From Actibacterium sp. (GTDB lineage: Bacteria > Pseudomonadota > Alphaproteobacteria > Rhodobacterales > Rhodobacteraceae): a stretch of 64,000 bases of DNA. The position numbers and the translations under genes were made by a program. Shown here one piece after another: positions 10,864 to 22,036 of the stretch; the first letter of the stretch is position 1; each line of letters opens with the position of its first letter. The stretch lies in the NCBI GenBank assembly GCA_016278325.1, contig JADQCB010000015.1:15479-79478 (forward strand). Direction: 5' to 3'. Under the pieces are notes generated by a model that did no database searches, had not been told where the DNA came from, and worked only from the letters and a program-made list of their open reading frames with translations.

Positions 10864-11456
10864 CGCGGCCTGTCGCGCAGGAACAGCAGGCACATGGCCA
10901 GGCTCGCACCGATGGCGTTGAAAACCAGATCCAGCGCCGTGTTGACATAGCCGCCAACATTCGTGTCCGCGATCGCAAGAACCGCGATGAACTCGATGAT
11001 CTCGTTCACCGTGCCCAGCCCCATCGCCCCCAGCGCCGGATAGACATGAACGGTCCAGCCCTGCCGGGTGTCGGGATAGTTGCGCCGCATCAGGTGCCAC
11101 AACAACCAGGCGGTGATCCCGAAGCCATAGGCATGAACCACCTGGTCGTATTTCAGCAGCGTCATTTCGCCCGCATCGATCAATGGCAGCAGCGTGGCGG
11201 AATAGAGCACCGTTTCGCCCACCCGGACACCGCCGCCGGCCATATGCGCCAGGCCCCAGAGCGACAGCGCCCAGAGCAGGCCGGGCGGAAATTCCGCGCG
11301 GCGCAGGTTCGCGCCGATCAGCACGATCATCGCCGCCAGGGTCAGTATGTACCAGATGAACTCGTGATTGCCGGTGGCCAGGAACCAGGCGCCGAAACCC
11401 GCGACATAGGCCAGCGTGACCCAGAGCACGGCCCATTCATCGCGCCGGATGGTCAT
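10860..11456 (-). CDS. polytopic membrane protein (possibly YjdF/DUF2238-like; family unverified)
   Basis: 198 aa with about 6 hydrophobic segments. Starts 7 nt downstream of the stop of the preceding gene. Confidence 0.6.
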   Translation of the reverse strand: MTIRRDEWAVLWVTLAYVAGFGAWFLATGNHEFIWYILTLAAMIVLIGANLRRAEFPPGLLWALSLWGLAHMAGGGVRVGETVLYSATLLPLIDAGEMTLLKYDQVVHAYGFGITAWLLWHLMRRNYPDTRQGWTVHVYPALGAMGLGTVNEIIEFIAVLAIADTNVGGYVNTALDLVFNAIGASLAMCLLFLRDRPR

Positions 11457-11463
11457 GTCGGGC

Positions 11464-12351
11464 TCAGAACCATTGGCCCGGCTCCATCAGCCCCAGATCC
11501 AGAAGCTGCTGCGAGCTCCACTCGAACGGGATCGAGTTGTCCCATTCGAAGCTCTGGATGTCGAAAGTGGACCCGGCATTGCTTTTCAGAGCCTTGGCGG
11601 TGCGAAACGAACAGATCGCCGCGGTCAGGTTGTTGTGCCACGGGCAGGCATAGGTGTTGTATTCCTGATCGTTGAAACTGTGATCCGCGCGCAGGACCAG
11701 GCCCCGCTTCGCGCGGAAAAGGGCGATCCGGTCGATCTTGCGGCGCGCTTTGGGCACATGCTCTTCGAAGCGCCACCTGAGACCGCCGAAGAAATCGAGC
11801 TGCCGCTCGCGCGGATGTCCCGCGTCATCCTTGCGCGCCGCAGCGTAATAGCCCGATCTGTCCAGCATCGCGCTTTCCAGCGACACCGCGTTGGGGAAAC
11901 GCGCCAGATCGCCGGCATAAAGGTCGATGACATAGGTCAGCATCGCGTCGCGCCGTTCCTCGGTATGGAAGGCCAGCATTTCGCCGACCGTCCGCGTCTC
12001 GCAGAACGGGAAGAACAGGTATTCGGCGTTGTAGCAGTAATACAGCCACTGGCCCGGGGCCGCCTTGATGATCCGGTTGACGATGTCGATCGGGGCGCCG
12101 TGGCGATGCATGTCCATCTCGATGAAATGCACCTTCTGCACGACATCGTCGGGCCGCGGCGTGCCTTGGGGGCAGAACACCGCGATTGTGGGGAAGCCCA
12201 GGTTCAGGTGATGGCGGATCGTGGTATCGACCTCGACCAGGTCCTCGACCATGATCAGCGCGACCGGCCCGGTGGCGAGCGCCGCGCGACCGTCGCGGAG
12301 GAAATGGTCCAGACCGTGGTAATCCATGCCGCCTGCCATCGCTTTGCGCAC
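11464..12351 (-). CDS. conserved hypothetical protein
   Basis: 295 aa ORF with normal high-GC third-position coding bias by eye. I recognise no family. The opposite-strand ORFs look like artefacts. Confidence 0.55.
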   Translation of the reverse strand: MRKAMAGGMDYHGLDHFLRDGRAALATGPVALIMVEDLVEVDTTIRHHLNLGFPTIAVFCPQGTPRPDDVVQKVHFIEMDMHRHGAPIDIVNRIIKAAPGQWLYYCYNAEYLFFPFCETRTVGEMLAFHTEERRDAMLTYVIDLYAGDLARFPNAVSLESAMLDRSGYYAAARKDDAGHPRERQLDFFGGLRWRFEEHVPKARRKIDRIALFRAKRGLVLRADHSFNDQEYNTYACPWHNNLTAAICSFRTAKALKSNAGSTFDIQSFEWDNSIPFEWSSQQLLDLGLMEPGQWF

Positions 12352-12454
12352 CGGGGGTCGCGGGAAAGTCCCGCAAATCGGGTGTCATTGCAAGCGTTGC
12401 GGGGGCGCGCGCCAGGGTGTAGGAGGCAGGGTCGAGAAAACGAGGCGCGCAATC

Positions 12455-13780
12455 ATGTCGGACCCGAAGAAACTTTTCATCAAGACCTATGGCTGCCAGA
12501 TGAACGTCTATGACAGCGAGCGGATGGCCGAGGCTCTGGGCGGGTCGGGCTATGTCGCCACGGACCGCGCCGACGACGCCGACATGATCCTGCTCAATAC
12601 CTGCCACATCCGCGAGAAGGCGGCCGAGAAGGTCTATTCCGAGCTGGGCCGCTTCAAGGGGCTCAAGGACGCGAACCCGGATCTGAAGATCGGCGTGGCG
12701 GGGTGTGTCGCCCAGGCCGAGGGCGAAGAGATCATGCGCCGCCAGCCGATGGTCGATCTGGTCGTCGGCCCGCAGAGCTATCACCGCCTGCCGGCGATGG
12801 AGGCGCGCACGCGCGCCGGGGAAAAGGCGCTGGACACCGATTTCCCCGAAGAGGACAAGTTCGACCACCTGGCGCTGCGCCCGAAGGCAAGCCGAGGGCC
12901 GACGGCGTTTCTGACGGTGCAGGAAGGCTGCGACAAGTTCTGCGCCTTCTGCGTCGTGCCCTATACCCGCGGGGCCGAGCTCAGCCGCCCCGCCGAACGG
13001 GTGCTGGCCGAGGCGCGCGACCTGGTCGCGCGCGGCGTGCGCGAGATCACGCTTCTGGGCCAGAACGTCAACGCCTATCACGGCGCGGGGCCCGATGGCG
13101 GCGACTGGTCGCTGGCGCAACTGATCTGGGCGCTGAACGATATCGACGGGCTGGCGCGCATCCGCTTTACCACTTCGCATCCCAACGACATGACCGACGA
13201 TCTGATCGCGGCGCATGGCGAATGCGACAAGCTGATGCCCTATCTGCATCTGCCGGTGCAATCGGGCAGCGACAGGATCCTCAAGCGAATGAATCGCAGC
13301 CATACCGCCGAAAGCTATCTGCGCCTGATCGAGCGGATTCGCGCGGCGCGGCCCGATATCCTGATATCGGGCGATTTCATCGTCGGTTTCCCGGAAGAGA
13401 CCGAGGCCGATTTCCAGGCGACCATGGACCTGGTCGAAGAGGTTCGTTACGGCCAATGCTATTCGTTCAGGTATTCGCCGCGCCCGGGCACGCCGGCCGC
13501 CGAACGCGCGACCGTCGATGCCGAGCTGGCCTCGGAGCGGTTGCAACGGCTTCAGGCCCTGCTGACCCGGCAGCAGACCGAGATTCAGGATGCCATGGTG
13601 GGCCGCGAGGTTCGCGTGCTGTTTGAAAAGCCCGGCCGCCTGCCGGGCCAGATGGTGGGCAAGTCCGAGTATCTGCACGCGGTGCATGTGCGCGATTCAG
13701 ATGTCCGCCCGGGCGATCTGCGCCGCGTCCGAATCATCGAGAGCAACCCCAATTCGCTGGCCGGAACCACGCTCGATTGA
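12455..13780 (+). CDS. miaB: tRNA-2-methylthio-N6-dimethylallyladenosine synthase
   Basis: ORF 12326..13780, ATG at 12455 ([21 protein letters not shown]). Radical-SAM CDKFCAFC cluster and TRAM C-terminus. Confidence 0.92.
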   Translation: MSDPKKLFIKTYGCQMNVYDSERMAEALGGSGYVATDRADDADMILLNTCHIREKAAEKVYSELGRFKGLKDANPDLKIGVAGCVAQAEGEEIMRRQPMVDLVVGPQSYHRLPAMEARTRAGEKALDTDFPEEDKFDHLALRPKASRGPTAFLTVQEGCDKFCAFCVVPYTRGAELSRPAERVLAEARDLVARGVREITLLGQNVNAYHGAGPDGGDWSLAQLIWALNDIDGLARIRFTTSHPNDMTDDLIAAHGECDKLMPYLHLPVQSGSDRILKRMNRSHTAESYLRLIERIRAARPDILISGDFIVGFPEETEADFQATMDLVEEVRYGQCYSFRYSPRPGTPAAERATVDAELASERLQRLQALLTRQQTEIQDAMVGREVRVLFEKPGRLPGQMVGKSEYLHAVHVRDSDVRPGDLRRVRIIESNPNSLAGTTLD

Positions 13781-13804
13781 AAGCGGATACCGCGCGCTCT
13801 CGCT

Positions 13805-13821
13805 AAAAAACCGCCGGTTTT
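13805..13821 (+). terminator. weak A/T-flanked hairpin downstream of miaB
   Basis: AAAAAACCGCCGGTTTTG lies 25 nt after the miaB stop. The stem is short and the effective loop very small. Confidence 0.3.
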
Positions 13822-13963
13822 GACCCGGAATCAAAACAATTCCCCGCTGCCGGCACAAGTGTCTCTTCGGACGCGACAATGCCCGGCGCCGTCGCTTTCC
13901 CGCGTTTGAAATCTTGATACCTTTGCGGTCGGAGATCCAACCCAGTGCCGATCATCCGCGCAT

Positions 13964-14572
13964 GTGTCGGTGAAACAGAATGTCGCAAAGGGGAATGCGG
14001 TGAAACGCAGAATTTTCAGATCGGGACGTGTGGCAATCGCCGCCGCGGCTGCATCGATCGGGCTTCTTTTCTCGGGGCCGGTCCTGTCGCAGACGGCGCC
14101 GCCGGCGTCGGGAAACGTCGAATGGGGCATGTGGGTCGATGATGACGGCTGCATGCACTGGTGGGCCGATGGCGGGGCCGAAGGATATATGCTGGACCGG
14201 GTGAACCCGGAAAACGGCCGCCCGGTCTGCCTGAAGAAGAACACCTGCATGGTGGAAAACGCCGACACGCTGTTCGCCACGGACAGCGCCCGGCTGCGGC
14301 CCGGGGCACGCCAGCGCCTGGCCGATTTCTTCACGCGTTCGGACGCGTTCGGCTATGCCATCTACGGACATACCGACAGCCGGGCCTCGGATGAATACAA
14401 CATCCGCCTGTCGCAGCGCCGCGCCGCATCGGTGGCCGAGGTCGCCCGCTCGGTCGGGGCGGTGGTCCAGCGCCAGATCGGTTTCGGCGAACGGCGGCCG
14501 GTGGCGACGAACCGGACGGCCGCGGGCATGCAGAAGAACCGTCGCGTTGAAGTCGTTTGCTACAGGTGGTGA
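13964..14572 (+). CDS. OmpA-family (peptidoglycan-associated) periplasmic protein
   Basis: C-terminal OmpA_C motifs (FATDSARL, GHTDSRASDEYNIRLSQRRA, NRRVEV). Signal peptide present. The real start may be GTG at 14000 (VKRRIF..), which has an AGGGGA Shine-Dalgarno. Confidence 0.75.
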   Translation: MSVKQNVAKGNAVKRRIFRSGRVAIAAAAASIGLLFSGPVLSQTAPPASGNVEWGMWVDDDGCMHWWADGGAEGYMLDRVNPENGRPVCLKKNTCMVENADTLFATDSARLRPGARQRLADFFTRSDAFGYAIYGHTDSRASDEYNIRLSQRRAASVAEVARSVGAVVQRQIGFGERRPVATNRTAAGMQKNRRVEVVCYRW

Positions 14573-14925
14573 TGGATATGAACAGAATTGCAATTTCCGC
14601 CGCCGGTCTGCTGGCGCTTACGGTGCTCGGCGGCTGCGCCGATGGCGTCCGGCCTTATGCCGGTCCCGGTTCGACGATCGCCAACACCAATGACAGCGGG
14701 CGCGACACCATAGGGCTGGCCGATGGCAATGCGGCCGTCGTCTATGACCCGGACGGGTGCCAGGCCTGGATCATGGATGACGGGCTGGAAGGCTATTCCG
14801 GGCGCCGGTTCGACCCGAAGACGGGGCTGCCGATCTGCGACGGCAATTTCGCGCCGGGGACGGTCGTGAAGAATTACCAGACTCAGACGCCCGGCTATCG
14901 CGATTTCGTTCCGTCAAGCCGCTGA
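14572..14925 (+). CDS. lipoprotein of unknown function
   Basis: ATG at 14572 overlaps the upstream TGA. The lipobox is LTVLGGC. Shares a Cys-pair module with the upstream OmpA-family protein. Confidence 0.65.
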   Translation: MDMNRIAISAAGLLALTVLGGCADGVRPYAGPGSTIANTNDSGRDTIGLADGNAAVVYDPDGCQAWIMDDGLEGYSGRRFDPKTGLPICDGNFAPGTVVKNYQTQTPGYRDFVPSSR

Positions 14926-14945
14926 TTTCCGGCAGGAAAATCATG

Positions 14946-14984
14946 ACGGGCCGCGAAGTGACGCTTCGCGGCCCGTTTTTTTCG
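14946..14984 (+). terminator. rho-independent terminator
   Basis: GGGCCGCGAAG-TGAC-GCTTCGCGGCCC followed by a run of T. Confidence 0.75.
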
Positions 14985-15079
14985 GTTGTCGATGGCGTGA
15001 TCCCGGTCAGCTATCGCTTGCGCTGCGCCGGCAAGAGGGCCACCTTGGAAAGGAGAAGCCTCAGCCAACGGAGTCGTTT

Positions 15080-16078
15080 TTGGGCATCAGCGCTCTGACC
15101 CCCCCGCAGAATGAATCGCAGGGCGTTCAAGAAACGCTTCTGGAATTTCCCGACAACCGCCTTCTGATAGACCTCTGCGGCGAGTTCGACCGCAATCTCG
15201 CGCAGGTCGAGCACGCGCTCGACGTGCATATCCTGCGTCGCGGAAATCAACTGGCCCTGGTTGGCGAGGAATTGGCGCGCGACCGGGCGGCGGCGGTGCT
15301 GGGCCAGCTTTACGGGCGGCTGGAGGCCGGGCGCGGCGCCGAGGCCGGCGATATCGATGCCATGATCCGCATGGGCGACGCGGCCGGGACAGGCGATCAG
15401 CTGGAAATGTTTCAGGGCGGCCGGGTCGAGATCAAGACCCGGAAAAAGACGGTGGAACCGCGCACCGACGCGCAAAAGGGCTATGTTCAGGCGCTCTATG
15501 CCAACGAGCTGGCCTTCGGGATCGGCCCGGCAGGCACCGGCAAGACCTATCTGGCGGTGGCCGTCGCGGTGAACATGTTCATCGGTGGCCATGTCGACCG
15601 GATCATCCTGTCGCGCCCGGCCGTCGAGGCGGGCGAGCGGCTGGGCTTTCTGCCCGGCGACATGAAGGAAAAGGTCGATCCCTACATGCAGCCGCTCTAT
15701 GATGCGCTGAACGATTTCCTGCCCGGCAAGCAGCTGGCCAAGCTGATCGAGGAAAAGCGGATCGAGATCGCGCCGCTGGCCTTCATGCGCGGGCGCACGC
15801 TGTCCAACGCTTTCGTCGTGCTCGACGAGGCGCAGAATGCCACGACGATGCAGATGAAGATGTTCCTCACCCGCCTGGGCGAGGGGTCGCGCATGGTCGT
15901 GACCGGCGACCGCAGCCAGGTGGACCTGCCGCGCGGCGTGGCGTCCGGGCTTTCCGATGCCGAATGCCTGTTGAAGGGGGTCGAGGGGATCGCCTTTCGG
16001 TATTTCACCGCGCGCGACGTGGTCCGCCACCCGCTGGTGGCCCGTATCATCGAGGCGTATGACAAGGCCGATGGCTGA
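15080..16078 (+). CDS. phoH: PhoH-family ATPase (YbeZ)
   Basis: 332 aa. TTG start 6 nt after GGAG. Walker A GPAGTGKTYLAV. Conserved miaB-phoH-ybeY-corC-lnt context. Confidence 0.88.
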   Translation: MGISALTPPQNESQGVQETLLEFPDNRLLIDLCGEFDRNLAQVEHALDVHILRRGNQLALVGEELARDRAAAVLGQLYGRLEAGRGAEAGDIDAMIRMGDAAGTGDQLEMFQGGRVEIKTRKKTVEPRTDAQKGYVQALYANELAFGIGPAGTGKTYLAVAVAVNMFIGGHVDRIILSRPAVEAGERLGFLPGDMKEKVDPYMQPLYDALNDFLPGKQLAKLIEEKRIEIAPLAFMRGRTLSNAFVVLDEAQNATTMQMKMFLTRLGEGSRMVVTGDRSQVDLPRGVASGLSDAECLLKGVEGIAFRYFTARDVVRHPLVARIIEAYDKADG

Positions 16079-16577
16079 TCTTGTCGAGACGCTGATCGAG
16101 GATGAGCGCTGGCAGGCCGCGAGGCTGGAGGATCTGGCAGATGCCGCATGTCGCGCGGTGCTTTCCCGTCTGGATCTGCCTGCCGAGGGGTTCGAGATTG
16201 CCGTTCTGGGCTGCGATGACGCCCGCATGGCAACGCTGAATGCCGATTTCCGCGACAAGGACCGCGCGACCAATGTGCTGTCCTGGCCGGCGGTGGAGCT
16301 CGCCCCCGACCGCGCCGGCGGGGCGCCGTCGCGGCCCGATCCGGGGCCCGCGGACATGCCGCAATCGCTGGGCGACATTGCCATCGCCTTCGATACCTGT
16401 GCGCGCGAGGCCGCCGAACAGGGCAAGCCCCTTGCGGCGCATGTCACGCATCTCCTGGTGCATGGCTGCCTGCATCTGTTGGGTTTCGATCACATCCGCG
16501 CCCCCGATGCGGCACGGATGGAGGCGCTGGAAGTGGACTTACTTGAAAGAATGGGTATTGCTGACCCATATCAGTGA
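16071..16577 (+). CDS. ybeY: rRNA maturation endoribonuclease YbeY
   Basis: HGCLHLLGFDH zinc motif. ATG at 16071 overlaps the end of phoH. Confidence 0.9.
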   Translation: MADLVETLIEDERWQAARLEDLADAACRAVLSRLDLPAEGFEIAVLGCDDARMATLNADFRDKDRATNVLSWPAVELAPDRAGGAPSRPDPGPADMPQSLGDIAIAFDTCAREAAEQGKPLAAHVTHLLVHGCLHLLGFDHIRAPDAARMEALEVDLLERMGIADPYQ

Positions 16578-16617
16578 TCGCGGGCCGCGATGGGCCCGCT
16601 GCAATCGGTAAGGAACA

Positions 16618-17520
16618 ATGGGCGAAGAGACCGACGGGTCGTCTACTGCGGCGCAACGCGCGCCGGACAATGAGGAAGAACAGCAACGCGGCCTTTTCGG
16701 CCGGATTTTCGGCTCATTCATGACAGCTGAGGCCGATGACGACGCGGACGCGGCGCGCCCCGTGGTCCAGGTGGGCGAGACGCCCGCCGCGCTGCCGCTG
16801 CCCGGCCTGGCGAACCTGCGGCACATGCGGGTCGAGGATGTGGCCCTGCCCACGGTGGAAATCGTGGCGGTTCCGCTGGACATCGAGATGGACGAGCTGG
16901 TCAAGGTTTTCCGCGACAGCGGCATGACACGCCTGCCGGTCTATGACGGCACGCTGGATCACCCGGTGGGGCTGGTCCATCTCAAGGATTTCGCGCTGAA
17001 ATACGGCTTCAACGGGTCCGACGGCCCCTTCGAGCTTCAGCCGTTGCTTCGCCCGCTGCTTTATGCGCCGCCGTCGATGCCGCTTGGGGTGCTGCTTCAG
17101 AAGATGCAGACCGGCCGGCGGCACATGGCGCTGGTGATCGACGAATACGGTGGCGTCGACGGTCTGGTGACCATCGAGGACCTGATCGAACAGGTCATCG
17201 GCGAGATCGAGGATGAGCATGACGTGGCCGAAGGCGTGTTCTGGACCGAGGAACAGCCGGGCTGCTATCTCGCGCAGGCCCGCACGCCGCTTGACGAGTT
17301 CGAGGCCGAGATTGGGATCAAGCTGGCCGACCCGGAAGACGAGGAGGAAATCGACACGCTGGGCGGCCTGGTCTTCATGATGACCGGCCGCGTGCCGACA
17401 CGCGGCGAGGTCGTCCCGCATGAAAGCGGCGCCGAGTTCGAGGTGGTCGATGCGGACCCGCGCCGGCTGAAAAGATTGCGCGTGCGGCTTCCGGCGATGC
17501 AGGAAAACGGGCGCGGATGA
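16618..17520 (+). CDS. CBS-pair / CorC_HlyC domain protein (hemolysin-like, Mg/Co efflux-associated)
   Basis: 300 aa. CBS pair and transporter-associated C-terminal domain. Conserved position before lnt. Confidence 0.85.
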   Translation: MGEETDGSSTAAQRAPDNEEEQQRGLFGRIFGSFMTAEADDDADAARPVVQVGETPAALPLPGLANLRHMRVEDVALPTVEIVAVPLDIEMDELVKVFRDSGMTRLPVYDGTLDHPVGLVHLKDFALKYGFNGSDGPFELQPLLRPLLYAPPSMPLGVLLQKMQTGRRHMALVIDEYGGVDGLVTIEDLIEQVIGEIEDEHDVAEGVFWTEEQPGCYLAQARTPLDEFEAEIGIKLADPEDEEEIDTLGGLVFMMTGRVPTRGEVVPHESGAEFEVVDADPRRLKRLRVRLPAMQENGRG

Positions 17521-19049
17521 TCGCGCGCCCGGCCGGTCTTGCCGATGGATCGGCCCGTTGGCCGGCGCTTCCGGCGGCCTTCGGCGCCGGGGTGCTGGCC
17601 GCGGCAGGGCAGGCGCCGCTGGGGCTGTGGCCGCTGGCGCTGGTCGGTTTCGCGACGCTTTTCGCGCTGGTTATGCCGGTCTCGCGGCCATGGCGGGCCG
17701 CGCGTGTGATGTGGCTGGGTGGGGGCGGCTATTTCGCCGCCGCGCTTGCCTGGATCGTGCAGCCCTTTCTCGTGGATGCGGCGCGCGACGGCTGGATGGC
17801 GCCTTTCGCACTGGTGTTCATGGCCTTCGGGCTGGCCCTGTTCTGGGGCTGTGCGGCCTGGGGCGCGGCCTGGCTGGGGGCGACAGCGCGCATGCGCGCG
17901 CTGGCATTGATCGTGACCCTGGGGCTCGCCGAACTTTTGCGCGGTTATGTCCTTACCGGCTTTCCCTGGGCGTCGATCGGGCATCTGTGGATCGGAACCC
18001 CGGTGATGCAGGCGGCCGCGCTTGGCGGGCCGTCGCTGCTGACGTTCCTGGCACTGGTCGCGGCGATTCTGCCGGTCGCGTTCGGGCTGCGCGGCGCGCT
18101 GGTCGCGCTGGCCGTGGCGGGCGCGGCCTGGGGCATCGGCGCATGGCGGCTGTCCCAGCCCGTGCCGCGGCGTGCCGATGCGCCGGTCGTGCGGCTGGTG
18201 CAGCCCAACGCCGCGCAGCACCTCAAATGGCAGCGCGACATGATCCCGGTTTTCCTGAATCGCCAGTTGCGGCTCACCTCTGCCCGGTCGGAGCCCGCGC
18301 CCGATCTGATCGTCTGGCCGGAAACCGCGGTGCCCTATGCGCTCGACAATGCCGGACCGGTGCTGGCGGAAATCGCGCAGGCCGCCGGCGGGCGGCCGGT
18401 GGTCCTGGGCATCCAGCGATGGCAGGACGGGCGGCCCCTGAACTCGGCCGTGGCGCTGGATGCGGCGGGGCGGGTCAGCGCGATCTACGACAAGCACCAC
18501 CTGGTTCCCTTCGGCGAATACATGCCGCTGGCCGATCTGTTTGCCCGCGTGGGGGTATTCGGCCTGGCCGCGCTTGAAAACCGAGGCTACGCGGCCGGGC
18601 CGGGCCCGCGGCTGATGGATCTCGGGCCGCTGGGCAATGTGCTGCCGCTGATCTGTTACGAGGCGATCTTTCCGCAGGATCTGCGCGGCACCGCGACCCG
18701 GCCCGACTGGATTCTCCAGATCACCAACGACGCATGGTTCGGCACCTTCCAGGGCCCCTATCAGCACCTGGCCCAGGCGCGGCTGCGCGCGGTCGAGCAG
18801 GGCCTTCCATTGCTGCGCGCGGCGAATACGGGGGTGTCGGCGGTGATCGGCCCGAAGGGCCGGTTGTTGCACATGCTGCCGCTGAACCGGGCGGGGATGC
18901 TGAACGCGCCGCTTCCGCCGGGGCTTGCGGTTACGCCTTATGCGCGGATGGGCGATCTGCCGATGGCGCTGGTCCTTGGCCTGGCGCTGGCGCTGCTTGG
19001 GGCCGGGCGATCGCGCAATGGCGTTGACCGCGGCGGGCGCACACCGTAA
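17517..19049 (+). CDS. lnt: apolipoprotein N-acyltransferase
   Basis: 510 aa. Multi-pass N-terminus and C-terminal nitrilase-like domain (WPETA, ICYE, NDAWFG). Confidence 0.9.
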   Translation: MIARPAGLADGSARWPALPAAFGAGVLAAAGQAPLGLWPLALVGFATLFALVMPVSRPWRAARVMWLGGGGYFAAALAWIVQPFLVDAARDGWMAPFALVFMAFGLALFWGCAAWGAAWLGATARMRALALIVTLGLAELLRGYVLTGFPWASIGHLWIGTPVMQAAALGGPSLLTFLALVAAILPVAFGLRGALVALAVAGAAWGIGAWRLSQPVPRRADAPVVRLVQPNAAQHLKWQRDMIPVFLNRQLRLTSARSEPAPDLIVWPETAVPYALDNAGPVLAEIAQAAGGRPVVLGIQRWQDGRPLNSAVALDAAGRVSAIYDKHHLVPFGEYMPLADLFARVGVFGLAALENRGYAAGPGPRLMDLGPLGNVLPLICYEAIFPQDLRGTATRPDWILQITNDAWFGTFQGPYQHLAQARLRAVEQGLPLLRAANTGVSAVIGPKGRLLHMLPLNRAGMLNAPLPPGLAVTPYARMGDLPMALVLGLALALLGAGRSRNGVDRGGRTP

Positions 19050-19057
19050 GCGAGAGA

Positions 19058-19110
19058 TCGCGACCGTCACAACGGCTTCCTGGCGTGACGGCATTTTTCA
19101 ATGGAGCACT
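19058..19110 (+). promoter_or_regulatory. SAM/SAH riboswitch in the metK leader
   Basis: CCGUCAC-AACGGCUUCCUGG-C-GUGACGG hairpin. The downstream UGGAGC (the metK Shine-Dalgarno, 19102-19107) can pair with loop GCUUC to form a pseudoknot. The sequence closely resembles SAM/SAH riboswitch sequences as I remember them (..UCACAACGGCUUCCUG..CGUG..UGGAGCA), a class always found before metK in Rhodobacterales. Confidence 0.7.
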
Positions 19111-19114
19111 TCCC

Positions 19115-20281
<1,167 letters not shown>

Positions 20282-20306
20282 GCCCGGCCGGCGGCGCCGA
20301 TTGCAC

Positions 20307-20340
20307 ATCCGCCGGGGCCGCGCGCGCGGCCCCGGCGGAT
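20307..20340. terminator. GC-rich 16-bp-stem hairpin between convergent metK and SDR genes (possible bidirectional terminator)
   Basis: ATCCGCCGGGGCCGCG-CG-CGCGGCCCCGGCGGAT is a perfect inverted repeat. No clear T run follows. Confidence 0.45.
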
Positions 20341-20350
20341 ACCGCGGCGT

Positions 20351-21118
20351 TCAGGCCGGATCCGTGTCCGGCATGTTCAGGACCTGGCCAGTGACCGCGC
20401 CGCCATCGGTCACGAATTCGCTACCGGTCGAAAAGCTTGCCTCGCTGAGCATGAACCGCACCATGCGTGCCACTTCATCGGGCTCTCCGAAGCGGGGCAA
20501 TGGCTGTGCCTGCACGGTGGTATCATCCATTGCCGCGGTCATCGGCGTGCGGATCGGCCCGGGATGCAACGACATGACCCGGATGTTGTCGGGCGCAAGG
20601 TCAAGCGCCGCGGCCTTGGTCAGGCCGCGGACCCCCCATTTGCTGGCGACATATCCCGCGATGCCGCCATACCCCTGCAACCCCGCCGTGGAGGAGGTGT
20701 TCACCACCACCCCGCCGCCGGCGCGCTTGAGCGCCGGTGCCGTGGTATGAAGGCCCAGGAACACGCCGTTCAGGTTGATATCGACGATCCGGCGGAATTC
20801 TTCCGGCGTCTGGTCGACGATCCCGCCGAAACTGACGATCCCGGCATTGTTGAAAAGCGCGTTCAGACTGCCGAATCGTTCCTCGGCAGCGGCCACGGCA
20901 GCGGCCCAGTCTTCGGCATCGGTCACGTCGAGATGCCGATAGATGGCGTTCGGGCCGAGTTCCGCGGCCAGGGCGCGGCCTTCGTCGTCCAGGATGTCGG
21001 CGATCATGACATGGGCGCCGTCGGCGGCCAGCAGCCGGGCGGTGGCACCGCCAATACCGCGTGCGCCGCCGGTGATGAGGATCCGCAGATCGGATACGGG
21101 TGTGGGTGTGACTGACAT
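20351..21118 (-). CDS. SDR-family oxidoreductase
   Basis: C-terminal 255 aa of the artefactual 1005-aa ORF. Start MSVTPTPVSDLRILITGGARGIGG (CAT 21116-21118). Motifs TGGARGIG, NNAG and YVASK. Confidence 0.85.
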   Translation of the reverse strand: MSVTPTPVSDLRILITGGARGIGGATARLLAADGAHVMIADILDDEGRALAAELGPNAIYRHLDVTDAEDWAAAVAAAEERFGSLNALFNNAGIVSFGGIVDQTPEEFRRIVDINLNGVFLGLHTTAPALKRAGGGVVVNTSSTAGLQGYGGIAGYVASKWGVRGLTKAAALDLAPDNIRVMSLHPGPIRTPMTAAMDDTTVQAQPLPRFGEPDEVARMVRFMLSEASFSTGSEFVTDGGAVTGQVLNMPDTDPA

Positions 21119-21208
21119 TCGGTTCTCCATGGGGTCGAATCGGCTCGGTCGGCCGTCTTCACGGTCGCGCCATTGATCAAACTCTAACGACTCGCTAATG
21201 CAGCGCCC

Positions 21209-21925
21209 ATGATCTGTGACAATCCCCGCCCCGACGCCCCGTGGCGCAATTTCTATGGCCGCCGCCATGGCAAGACCCTGCGCGACAGCCAGCGCGAATA
21301 CCTGCACGAGGATCTTCAGGCGCTGGTCCCGCGCGGGGTGGGCTGGGACGAGAACCCCGAGCGCAGGCCGCTCGACCTGGCGGCGCTGTTCGGGGATGAT
21401 CGCGAGGTCTGGCTCGAGGTCGGCTTCGGCGGTGGCGAGCATATGGTGCACCAGGCCGGACGCCACCCCGAGATCGGTCTGATCGGGTGCGAACCGTTCA
21501 TCAATGGTGTGGCGATGCTGCTGGGCAAGATCCGCAAGGCCGCGGTCACGAATATCCGCATCCACCCGGGCGATGTGCGCGATCTTTTCGACGTATTGCC
21601 CGACTCCTCGATCGGTCGTTGCTTCGTGCATTATCCCGACCCCTGGCCGAAGAAGAAGCACCACCGCCGGCGCTTTGTCACGCCCGAACACCTGGCACCG
21701 CTGGCGCGCGTGATGAAGCCCGGCGCGATCCTGCGCGTGGCCACCGACATTCCCGATTACGTGCGCCAGACGCTGGAGCAGGTGCCGCTCCACCACTTCG
21801 ACTGGCTGGCCGAACGTCCCGGAGACTGGCGCACCCCGTGGGAGGATTGGCAGCCCACGCGGTATGAAATCAAGGCCCTGCGCGCGGGACGGGTTCCGCA
21901 TTACCTGACCTTCCGCCGGCAGTGA
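21209..21925 (+). CDS. trmB: tRNA (guanine-N7)-methyltransferase
   Basis: 238 aa. EVGFGGGEH, FPDPWPKKKHHRRR and EIKA motifs. Confidence 0.88.
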   Translation: MICDNPRPDAPWRNFYGRRHGKTLRDSQREYLHEDLQALVPRGVGWDENPERRPLDLAALFGDDREVWLEVGFGGGEHMVHQAGRHPEIGLIGCEPFINGVAMLLGKIRKAAVTNIRIHPGDVRDLFDVLPDSSIGRCFVHYPDPWPKKKHHRRRFVTPEHLAPLARVMKPGAILRVATDIPDYVRQTLEQVPLHHFDWLAERPGDWRTPWEDWQPTRYEIKALRAGRVPHYLTFRRQ

Positions 21926-22036
21926 GGCGGGGCCGCCTTCGGTGAGAGTATTTTTGCCGAGAAGAAGGGGCGGTCGTGCATGGACGGCCCCTGTTGCCTG
22001 CGCTATCAGACAGGAAACGGCGAGAGGAGATCCGCG

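Noticed and set aside
11825-13687. 620-aa minus-strand ORF
   Set aside because: Antisense to miaB (radical-SAM motifs on the plus strand). Arg/Gly/Ala/His-rich low-information translation.
17265-19094. 609-aa minus-strand ORF
   Set aside because: Antisense to lnt. Extreme Arg/Pro/Gly/Gln composition with no motif.
19064-19099. Hairpin plus T run first read as the intrinsic terminator of lnt
   Set aside because: The loop sequence and the downstream UGGAGC match the SAM/SAH riboswitch pseudoknot before metK. A dual role as terminator cannot be excluded, but the riboswitch explanation accounts for more of the sequence.
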